From a virus (Duplodnaviria > Caudoviricetes): a stretch of DNA of 24,944 nucleotides. Positions 18,454 to 24,944 of the stretch are shown piece by piece. Every line of letters begins with the position of its first letter. Position 1 is the first letter of the stretch. Both the position numbers and the translations under genes were made by a program. Location: IMG/VR virus record IMGVR_UViG_3300048599_000817, positions 1-24,944 of that record; one strand, given 5' to 3'. The notes under the pieces are model-generated. The model was not told the DNA's origin. It worked only from the letters and a program-made list of their open reading frames with translations, and did not search any database.

Positions 18454-18490
18454 AAAGGAACTGAGTTCGCTCAGTTCCTTTTCGTTTCTT
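18454..18490. terminator. Probable bidirectional terminator between convergent genes
   Basis: AAAGGAACTGAG-TTCG-CTCAGTTCCTTT, 12-bp stem, T-rich tail on +. Confidence 0.75.
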
Positions 18491-18734
18491 GGCACAGATC
18501 AATTACTCGATGGATGTCATGCGTCGTGGTGACCTTGCCACCACGATGCACTTCGTATTGCGGAATGGTCATGCCGGGTGCCGGTTCAACTTCCGTAACG
18601 GGCACGGGCAACGAATGCAGAAGCGGCTTGTCGATGACGCACTGACGGCACCACGGCGCGGTGTACGCGACAACGTGCGTGCCATCATCGCAACCAAGGC
18701 AGAAGCCCAAGATCAGCAGAGCGAGCAGTCTCAA
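18471..18734 (-). CDS. Small thioredoxin/glutaredoxin-like lipoprotein
   Basis: Lipobox CLGC, YTAPWCRQC active-site motif, TIP cis-Pro-like loop. Confidence 0.75.
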   Translation of the reverse strand: MRLLALLILGFCLGCDDGTHVVAYTAPWCRQCVIDKPLLHSLPVPVTEVEPAPGMTIPQYEVHRGGKVTTTHDIHRVIDLCQETKRN

Positions 18735-19153
18735 GCGATGGCCACTTTCGTTGCAGTCGTCACGCTTGGGTCAGTCGTCTTACTGGCATCGGCGAGCTTC
18801 GCGGCGATCAGCGTGCGGCCAGCTTCCGTCAAAAGTTTCGCGGACAAAACCCGACTGAATACTTGCTCAAGCTCCGTGACGACGTGGGCTTCGCCGCTGA
18901 GAAAGAGTTCGGCAAGTTGCTTGATGCGATTGGCCATTCCCGAATAGTCGCCCACGCTGTAGTCGATGAGGAACTCAGGTGTTTTGACGAGCCCCATTTC
19001 ACTGAGCTTGCTGGCCAGCTTGGCAGCAGCGCGGCGACGGTCTTCGATTTCGGCATCTTTGGTGAATGCCCACTTGGCGAGCACGTAGCCCAGCAAGCCG
19101 GTAAAGCCGATGGAAAGCAGCGCAACGGCTGCGGTCGTTCCAGAAATAATCAT
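18731..19153 (-). CDS. Membrane-anchored hypothetical protein (140 aa)
   Basis: Probable start ATG 19153; N-terminal TM segment then helical domain; ATGA coupling downstream. Confidence 0.75.
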   Translation of the reverse strand: MIISGTTAAVALLSIGFTGLLGYVLAKWAFTKDAEIEDRRRAAAKLASKLSEMGLVKTPEFLIDYSVGDYSGMANRIKQLAELFLSGEAHVVTELEQVFSRVLSAKLLTEAGRTLIAAKLADASKTTDPSVTTATKVAIA

Positions 19154-19160
19154 TTGCGTC

Positions 19161-19736
19161 CTAGTAGGTCTCGATGAACTTGCGGCGAAGGCCGAAAAGT
19201 GCGCCAGCGATGGCGGCGACGATGGCTCCGACGAATGCGGGCCAGAGAATGAGTGAGGGCTTTGGCGCGGGCGCTGGTGTATTTGGTGGCGGCAGTGGTT
19301 GCGGCGGGTCGTCTTGTTCACGCCGTAGGCATTCGTGGTTCATCTTGCGAATAAACGCTTCCGCGCTCATCGGCAAGTTGCTGAACTCATTGAGAACTTT
19401 GCCGTTTGAGTCTTGGACGCGAACCAGCAATGTGGCGGGCGTGTTCGATGCGTACCGCTCTTTGAATAATGTCGATGCGGTGTCGATGCACGAAAAATGG
19501 CTCGCATCTTTCAATCGCTTTAGGTCGGCATTGGTCTGAAACCAGCCTTTAGCTTCGGTCAGTCGCGCGCCAGTACCGAACACAGTGACGTACTGCTTGT
19601 TCTGGTCAGCGGGAAAGTAGTTCAATCGCAATTCGGTCGGCGAGTAGACGACACCGTATTGAGCGTCGGCGGTCAGCCCTTGGGCATTCGCGGTGCCCGC
19701 GATCAGCAGCAAGGCAATTAGCATCAGTTGTTTCAT
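19161..19736 (-). CDS. Exported protein with C-terminal membrane anchor; possible redox-inactive thioredoxin-like fold
   Basis: Signal peptide ending ANA, Pro-rich linker, C-terminal TM followed by RRK. Confidence 0.78.
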   Translation of the reverse strand: MKQLMLIALLLIAGTANAQGLTADAQYGVVYSPTELRLNYFPADQNKQYVTVFGTGARLTEAKGWFQTNADLKRLKDASHFSCIDTASTLFKERYASNTPATLLVRVQDSNGKVLNEFSNLPMSAEAFIRKMNHECLRREQDDPPQPLPPPNTPAPAPKPSLILWPAFVGAIVAAIAGALFGLRRKFIETY

Positions 19737-19740
19737 TTGA

Positions 19741-19971
19741 CTATCTCTCTAAAAACCGTTCGAGTCGTTCCATCACTGCCGAGTTCTTCGCGATCACACC
19801 AGTGCAGTCGCGAACAAGGGGAAGGATCACTTCGCGTTGTTCGTCTTCGAGCGTGTCAATTCGTTTCGACAAGCGATCCTCGCGCTGCCAATCCCGCCAA
19901 AGAAAGAAAACGACGGCGAGGAAGAACGGGCCGAACTGCTTGATGAGTTCAATGGCATCTACAAATTCCAC
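19741..19971 (-). CDS. Holin-like single-TM protein (76 aa)
   Basis: GTG start overlapping the upstream TAG; QFGPFFLAVVFFLW then charged coiled coil, BhlA/UviB-like layout. Confidence 0.62.
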   Translation of the reverse strand: MEFVDAIELIKQFGPFFLAVVFFLWRDWQREDRLSKRIDTLEDEQREVILPLVRDCTGVIAKNSAVMERLERFLER

Positions 19972-20552
19972 TAGGAAGGCTCCGGCAACGGGCTGGCAGG
20001 CGAATAGAGCAAGCACAGTCCCCAGCTAAAGCTGTTCTGCCACTCTGCGATGAACGTCTGACGTTCGACGATTTGCAATTCGTCGGGTGCGTTGTTGTCG
20101 ATCAGGTAAGCGAATTGGTCGTCTAAGCCAGCGAGAAAAACAGCGTGGCGTCCGCCCATGACAGTGACGAGACACCCGCGACGAGTGAGCGTGGCTTGCT
20201 CCAAGAACGCCACGTCGGTTTTATTCAGCGTCTCGGTGTACCGAATACCTTCGGCATCAAGCTGAGCACCAAGGCTCTGCGGTGTTTCGCCACCGCTGTG
20301 AGTGGCGCGCCAGTTGTCGGCGCTGTGCGGTCGGCATTGCCATCGTAAGGCTGAGACGATTGTGGCGTGCGTACAAGAACCTTGACCGCTCGGCGACAGC
20401 CAATTCCGCTGGCGTAGCGAAATTGGAAGATTGGCGACAGGCGTCTCTGTGTTGTACCGGCGACCACTAATGTCGGGTCCGCCAAGGTCGAGCGAAATGT
20501 CGCAACCAGCGGTCGCGATGAGCAGAAAAAGAATTAGAAGCAGGCGTGTCAT
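19971..20552 (-). CDS. Papain-like (C39-like) cysteine peptidase lipoprotein
   Basis: Start ATG 20552; lipobox TAGC; GSC...HAV...IDNN as putative Cys-His-Asp triad. Confidence 0.75.
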   Translation of the reverse strand: MTRLLLILFLLIATAGCDISLDLGGPDISGRRYNTETPVANLPISLRQRNWLSPSGQGSCTHATIVSALRWQCRPHSADNWRATHSGGETPQSLGAQLDAEGIRYTETLNKTDVAFLEQATLTRRGCLVTVMGGRHAVFLAGLDDQFAYLIDNNAPDELQIVERQTFIAEWQNSFSWGLCLLYSPASPLPEPS

Positions 20553-21148
20553 TTGAGCCTCACGGGGCGGCAAAGAATGGCTTGGCGTCGGGCTGAGCGG
20601 ATGAACCGATTCGGGCTCCATCGGCTGACGTTGTCAGTTCGGAACAAGCCGATATGCGTGAGTGCGGCCACGCACCACTCAGAGCAGAAGAGACTGCTCA
20701 GGTCTTGATTGCGAAGCAGCGACTCGACGAATGAGAATCCAAGGCCACCAGAGCGAAAGGCACCGATTGCGTCGTAGGGCAGCCCGATAGTTGAGAGCAG
20801 AAAGTCGTTCAGACGCTCGCGTTCGTCGTCATAAAGCGGGCGGCAAAGCGGATAGTGCCAGACTGTGCCGTTGTAGTTCAGCAATGAATCTAGCGTGTGC
20901 GCCTGCGTGCCGCTCACGTGCTTGTTTTGAATCAAGCACGATTCAGGAGCCGAAATACAACTTTCAAAAACGACTAAGTCACCTTTGAACTCACCGACAA
21001 TCCCGACGTGCGAGAGGTTCAAGAATGGAATGCCATAAGTGACAAGGTTGATGGCGATTGATGCCCAGTGGTGCCCTGAGTAGCCAATTACGTCACCGGA
21101 TTTCAGGTTCAGCGGTGATAAGCGTGTTGACGGCTTGCGACTGACCAT
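20549..21148 (-). CDS. Permuted papain-like NlpC/P60 amidase (YiiX/YaeF, C92 family)
   Basis: GDVI, SHVGI, PYD, FCSE, SP motifs in His-before-Cys order; start uncertain. Confidence 0.85.
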   Translation of the reverse strand: MVSRKPSTRLSPLNLKSGDVIGYSGHHWASIAINLVTYGIPFLNLSHVGIVGEFKGDLVVFESCISAPESCLIQNKHVSGTQAHTLDSLLNYNGTVWHYPLCRPLYDDERERLNDFLLSTIGLPYDAIGAFRSGGLGFSFVESLLRNQDLSSLFCSEWCVAALTHIGLFRTDNVSRWSPNRFIRSARRQAILCRPVRLK

Positions 21149-21245
21149 GCCATCGGACGAAGTCTTCGAGGGTGCAGTCTTCGCACTTGGACGCGGCGGC
21201 GTACTTGATCGGCTCGCCGCACTGGCACTGGTTGGCATGGCTCAT
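21093..21245 (-). CDS. Small putative zinc-ribbon protein (50 aa, not in the ORF track)
   Basis: MSHANQCQCGEPIKYAAASKCEDCTLEDFVRWHG...; CxC/CxxC pairs. Confidence 0.55.
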   Translation of the reverse strand: MSHANQCQCGEPIKYAAASKCEDCTLEDFVRWHGQSQAVNTLITAEPEIR

Positions 21246-21256
21246 GGTTAGAAGAG

Positions 21257-21288
21257 ACCGGGAAGGGCTCGTCAGCCGCTTTCCCGGT
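21257..21288 (-). promoter_or_regulatory. Leader hairpin of the late operon (possible attenuator)
   Basis: ACCGGGAA...TTCCCGGT arms with inner GGCT-GACG-AGCC, followed by CTCTTCT. Confidence 0.45.
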
Positions 21289-21461
21289 GCAAGACCCGCG
21301 CGGGCGGGAAGGAATGATTCGTGACGCGGGAGCCAGCGGGCTCAACCGGTGGGGACAGAGCGTCCCTCTATAAGACTACAAGTGTCAAACGATCTGAAAA
21401 CGAAAGTAGAAAATGAAAAAATCAGCAAGATTTCGAGAAATAATTCCCGACGCGGCGCACG

Positions 21462-21724
21462 GGCAGTAACATAGTAACGAATCGCAAACCGAGATTACTG
21501 CCAGTCGGATGCGTATTTCAGGCACTTTTATGCTGTTTCAGTAATCTAGTAATGTAGTAAGACTCAAAAATTGAACCACTAAAAATAGAGTAATAGTGCT
21601 ATATATAGAAAATGAATGCCAAGAGACAATTACTGCCTTCCTACGTTACTGGATTTGACGCAAGTCAGCATTTAGCAACAACTTAGCGGCAGTAATCCTC
21701 AAAATGCTTAGTTACTGCCTTACT
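21462..21724. repeat. Iteron-like AGTAA/GGCAGTAA array around an AT-rich core; putative replication origin
   Basis: 7 AGTAA plus 5 TTACT in about 260 bp, several at 8-nt spacing. Confidence 0.7.
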
Positions 21725-21912
21725 GCGCCGCGTCCAAAGATGGCCTTCCAGCCGCTCTTGAAAAGTACCCCACTCAACACGCATGGGTGTTTTCTGAAAC
21801 GCCCTGCTGGCCCGCTAATGCGTTGCAGCGGCAATCTGTGAACCGACCGTGACTGCCACGAATCCAATTCGCAGACCGCAAAATTCTTTGGCAATCTGAG
21901 CGGATTTTTGAC

Positions 21913-22134
21913 AAAAAATCGCGATTCCGCCCTCTTATATCTATAGGGGAAAATGCGATGAATGCTACCGCATCGAACTCCGAAAGTATTTCCAGAAATC
22001 TTTCCGAGTTGATCGGAGTTTAGGCGAAAAATTCGCGATTTTGCCCTCCTGTATTGTTATCAGGACGAAGTCGCGAAATTTCGCAATCTTTTCGGATTTC
22101 AGGCCAAAAAATCGCGATTTTGCCCTCCTGTATT
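21913..22134 (+). repeat. Three 29-bp direct repeats upstream of the sigma-like gene
   Basis: AAAAAWTCGCGATTYYGCCCTCYTRTATY at 21913, 22027 and 22106. Confidence 0.85.
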
Positions 22135-22210
22135 TGTAGGGAAAGTTAGTCTCCCCATTCTTCACCGCCGCGTTGCCCATCTGGCCGTGGCACATCCCCA
22201 GGAGTCCACG

Positions 22211-22735
22211 ATGGACGCATCCGCGCGCGATCAGCGCATTCTGTCTTTACAGCCGCTCACCAAGCGGCGTGTTTCAGCCCGCATCAAGCGCACACCGTCA
22301 CTGAGCTACTTGCGCGACGACTTGGAGGGAATGGCGATAGTGGCACTCATTGAAACGCTTGATGTTCAACCCGATGCCACAGATGCCTACCTGACGACAA
22401 CCATCGACCACGCCATAGCCGACGCGATTCTGGCTGATTCGCCCGTTGGACCATCTGTCAGAACGAAACACCGACAGATCGCAGAAGGCTCTTTCGAGCC
22501 GCTGACCTTCGAGCCGCTCGACGGCGATGCCATTGCAGCCCCAGAAGACCGGTCTGCGGAATTGCTGTCCGACATTCACGACGCTTGCGGCGATGACTCA
22601 CTAAACCGCGCGATTGTTGATCTTCTCACGCAAGGCTTCTCAGCGGCTCAAACCGCCAAGCAACTCAACCTTACCCCGGCGACAGTGAGGAACCGTCGCA
22701 ATCAGATCGAAGAAAGATACGAGCAAGCGTTATGA
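22211..22735 (+). CDS. Sigma-70-like transcription factor
   Basis: AGGAG RBS before ATG 22211; region-2-like RDDLEGMAIVALIE; region-4 HTH GFSAAQTAKQLNLTPATVRNR. Confidence 0.72.
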   Translation: MDASARDQRILSLQPLTKRRVSARIKRTPSLSYLRDDLEGMAIVALIETLDVQPDATDAYLTTTIDHAIADAILADSPVGPSVRTKHRQIAEGSFEPLTFEPLDGDAIAAPEDRSAELLSDIHDACGDDSLNRAIVDLLTQGFSAAQTAKQLNLTPATVRNRRNQIEERYEQAL

Positions 22736-23226
22736 AAGAAATCAAACTGAGTCGCGGCAAAGTCGCCATCGTCGATGATGCGTACCACGAGCCGCTTCTG
22801 AAAATGGGCACATGGTATTGCAGCGCGCAGGGCTATGCCGTGTGCGACATCAGGCGAGAGGGCAAACGGACTTGCTTGATGATGCACCGCGAAGTGCTTC
22901 GCCTTGCCGGTTTGCCACTCGGAAAACACGTTGACCATTGCAACGGCCAGCGTCTCGACAATCAACTTGCCAATCTTCGCAGCGCGACACCCGCACAGAA
23001 CCTGGCAAATCAATGGCTCCGCAAGGATTCGAGCACTGGCTTCAAAGGCGTCTCCACCACGGCATCTGGCCGCTACCGCGCTTACATCGCGACTGCTGGA
23101 CGCCAGCGCTACCTTGGCACGTTCGACACACCGGTTGAAGCGGCGCGGGCCTACAACGCCGCTGCCGTTGCGCAATGGGGCGAGTTCGCCAGACCCAACG
23201 AAACCGATTACAAGCAGGCAGCCTAA
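22732..23226 (+). CDS. HNH-AP2 domain endonuclease
   Basis: MHR, VDHCNG.RLDN...NLR, then AP2 GFKGV...YLGTFDT..EAARAYN. Confidence 0.92.
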   Translation: MKEIKLSRGKVAIVDDAYHEPLLKMGTWYCSAQGYAVCDIRREGKRTCLMMHREVLRLAGLPLGKHVDHCNGQRLDNQLANLRSATPAQNLANQWLRKDSSTGFKGVSTTASGRYRAYIATAGRQRYLGTFDTPVEAARAYNAAAVAQWGEFARPNETDYKQAA

Positions 23227-23400
23227 ATGGAACGTCTTCTAGTGAACCGCGCCGAGGCGGCCACCCTTCTCAGCATCAGCCAACGGCTACTTTGGTCTCT
23301 TACCGCAAGCGGGGTTATTCCGTGCGTTCGGCTTGGTCGGGCAGTCCGTTACTCAGTGGACGATTTACGGCAATTTATCTCGGAAAATCGAGCCAAATGA
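23227..23400 (+). CDS. xis: Excisionase-like HTH protein (57 aa, not in the ORF track)
   Basis: MERLLVNRAEAATLLSISQRLLWSLTASGVIPCVRLGRAVRYSVDDLRQFI, MerR-type wHTH pattern. Confidence 0.9.
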   Translation: MERLLVNRAEAATLLSISQRLLWSLTASGVIPCVRLGRAVRYSVDDLRQFISENRAK

Positions 23401-23412
23401 CGCTCCACACCC

Positions 23413-23454
23413 GTGCCGAACGGAGTTAGACTCCGCTCGGCACTTTCCTCTTTT
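23413..23454 (+). terminator. Intrinsic terminator-like hairpin between xis and int
   Basis: GTGCCGA-A-CGGAGT-TAG-ACTCCG-C-TCGGCAC followed by TTTCCTCTTTT. Confidence 0.7.
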
Positions 23455-23465
23455 GGAACAACAAA

Positions 23466-24944
23466 ATGGCAACAGTTTTCAAACGCAAAAGCGGTGGCAA
23501 CTACATAGCGGAATGGACCGATCACGAAGGCATTCGCCGCAACAAAAGCACCAAGACCACCGACAAGGCGGCTGCGGAACGGATCGCGGCGAAGTTGGAA
23601 GCCGGGGCAGCGCTGCGGCGCGACGGTGTGATTGATCCGCGCGAGGATCGGTTTTCCCAGGAAGCGCGACGACCGATTAAGGAACACCTAGAACACTTCC
23701 TGACCGATCTGGCCGCGCGTGACAATACGCCGCAGCACGTCAGCGAAACGCGGTACAAGTGCGAAGCGGTCATTGCCCATGCCAAGGCAAAGTACATCAG
23801 TGACCTGACCGCACCAGCGGTGCAAAAGGCGATTGCCGCGATTCGCGCAAATGTCGGCGGTGAGTCGCGCGGGCTGACAACCTGCAACCACTACCTGACC
23901 GCCATCAAGGGACTGACGCGCTGGCTGGCGCGAGAGGCAAAGGTAATCCGTGAGGATCACCTTGAGTGTCTCAAGAAGTTCAAAGCGGACACCGACCGTC
24001 GCCACGTTCGGCGGGTCTTCACCGCCGATGAAATGGCAGCATTGTTGGCCAGCACACGGAAGCGGACTGACCAATCCCACGCCTTGGATGGCGAGGCACG
24101 GGCCGTCGTTTACCAACTGGCAAACGGGACCGGATTTCGTGGAAGCGAAATGCGGGAACTGACGCCAGCCAGTTTCCAATTGCAAGACTTGGACAACGCG
24201 ACGGTGACGGCGAAAGCGGCGTGTGTGAAGAATCGTGAGTTGGCGGTGCAGCCAATCAGCCGTGCCCTAGCCGAAACCCTCAAAGGCTGGCTCGTCGGCA
24301 AGCCCAAAGGCAAGTTTGTCTTCGCGGGATTGCCGCTCAAACTCTGCCGGATGCTGAAAGCCGATCTGAAAGCAGCACGGGCCGAATGGCTCAAGGCAGC
24401 CGAAGACGACAAGGCGGAACACAAGCGGCGGCAGGAAAGCGACTTCCTCAAGTACAAAAACGCTGAGGGGGAAGTGATCGACTTCCACGCCTACCGCCAC
24501 ACCTACATCACCAACGTCATTGATTCCGGCGCGTCGGTGAAAGTCGCGCAGGAACTGGCTCGGCATTCCACGCCCACGCTGACGATTGGGCGCTACGGTC
24601 ACACACGAATTGCCGACCTTCGCGCCGCTGTGGAGGCCCTGCCGAGCTTCGCCGAACCGGCGATTGCGACCGAAAACGCCCCCGAAAAACGACAGTGGAA
24701 ACGACAGTGCCCAGCAGTCGAAATGGGGGTGTCTGGTGCAACTCAGTGCAACGAAACGCAAACGGCCAGCGGTGAACCCGCTGGCCGTAAGGCGTTTGTA
24801 GATGCCACATTAAGCGTCGAGATGCGACGCTGTGCAACTGAGTACCCCCAAGGGGATTCGAACCCCTGTTACCGGACTGAGAACCCGGGGTCCTGGGCCA
24901 CTAGACGATGGGGGCGTGCAGTGAAAAACGAGGGCCAAACATGA
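23466..24944 (+). CDS. int: Tyrosine recombinase/integrase; ORF runs antisense through the tRNA
   Basis: TGFRGSE, HAYRH, LARHS, TIGRY (Y377). Confidence 0.95.
   Translation: MATVFKRKSGGNYIAEWTDHEGIRRNKSTKTTDKAAAERIAAKLEAGAALRRDGVIDPREDRFSQEARRPIKEHLEHFLTDLAARDNTPQHVSETRYKCEAVIAHAKAKYISDLTAPAVQKAIAAIRANVGGESRGLTTCNHYLTAIKGLTRWLAREAKVIREDHLECLKKFKADTDRRHVRRVFTADEMAALLASTRKRTDQSHALDGEARAVVYQLANGTGFRGSEMRELTPASFQLQDLDNATVTAKAACVKNRELAVQPISRALAETLKGWLVGKPKGKFVFAGLPLKLCRMLKADLKAARAEWLKAAEDDKAEHKRRQESDFLKYKNAEGEVIDFHAYRHTYITNVIDSGASVKVAQELARHSTPTLTIGRYGHTRIADLRAAVEALPSFAEPAIATENAPEKRQWKRQCPAVEMGVSGATQCNETQTASGEPAGRKAFVDATLSVEMRRCATEYPQGDSNPCYRTENPGSWATRRWGRAVKNEGQT
24687..24709 (+). repeat. Tandem 11-bp repeat, putative integrase arm-type sites
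   Basis: AAACGACAGTG at 24687 and 24699, about 135 bp from the tRNA 3' end. Confidence 0.55.
24843..24915 (-). tRNA. tRNA-Glu (anticodon CTC), no encoded CCA; probable integration site
   Basis: GCCCCCA/TGGGGGT acceptor stem, CCGGG-TTCTCAG-TCCGG anticodon arm, GGTTCGAATCC T-loop, 73 nt. Confidence 0.96.

Larger units (their letters stand above)
69..24915. mobile_element. Prophage (HK97-like head, long non-contractile tail) integrated at tRNA-Glu; left boundary not seen
   Basis: Contiguous terminase-portal-protease-capsid-connector-tail-tape measure genes, plus xis/int abutting a tRNA 3' end. Confidence 0.95.

Noticed and set aside
19161-19736. Unimolecular spanin
   Set aside because: Has a C-terminal TM but the signal peptide lacks a lipobox Cys
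21913-22134. Mini CRISPR array
   Set aside because: Only three repeats with 85 and 50 nt gaps, and no cas genes
21712-22195. Minus-strand ORFs 21712-21894 and 21965-22195
   Set aside because: No recognisable motif; the second simply translates the DNA repeats
69-24915. Gene transfer agent
   Set aside because: Integrase, xis, tRNA att and an HNH/P27 cos-type packaging set indicate a prophage

Overview
Nearly complete temperate siphovirus-type prophage (HK97-like head, lambda-like non-contractile tail) integrated at a tRNA-Glu(CTC) gene at the right edge. A long minus-strand late operon (about 21245 to 69) carries, in transcription order: a non-canonical lysis-like cassette (two papain-like peptidases, a holin-like protein, membrane proteins, a CxxC lipoprotein), an HNH nuclease and probable cos region, a nonsense-interrupted DNA methyltransferase, seven putative virion appendage genes, terS, terL, portal, protease, major capsid, connectors, tail tube, a frameshifted G/GT chaperone pair, tape measure and small Cys-rich tail-tip genes. 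A divergent four-gene plus-strand operon (sigma-like factor, HNH-AP2, excisionase, tyrosine integrase) is separated from it by an AT-rich, repeat-rich control/origin region. No repressor, replicase or classical endolysin is visible. The left att site is not in the window. A Planctomycetota host is my inference from protein style, not demonstrated.
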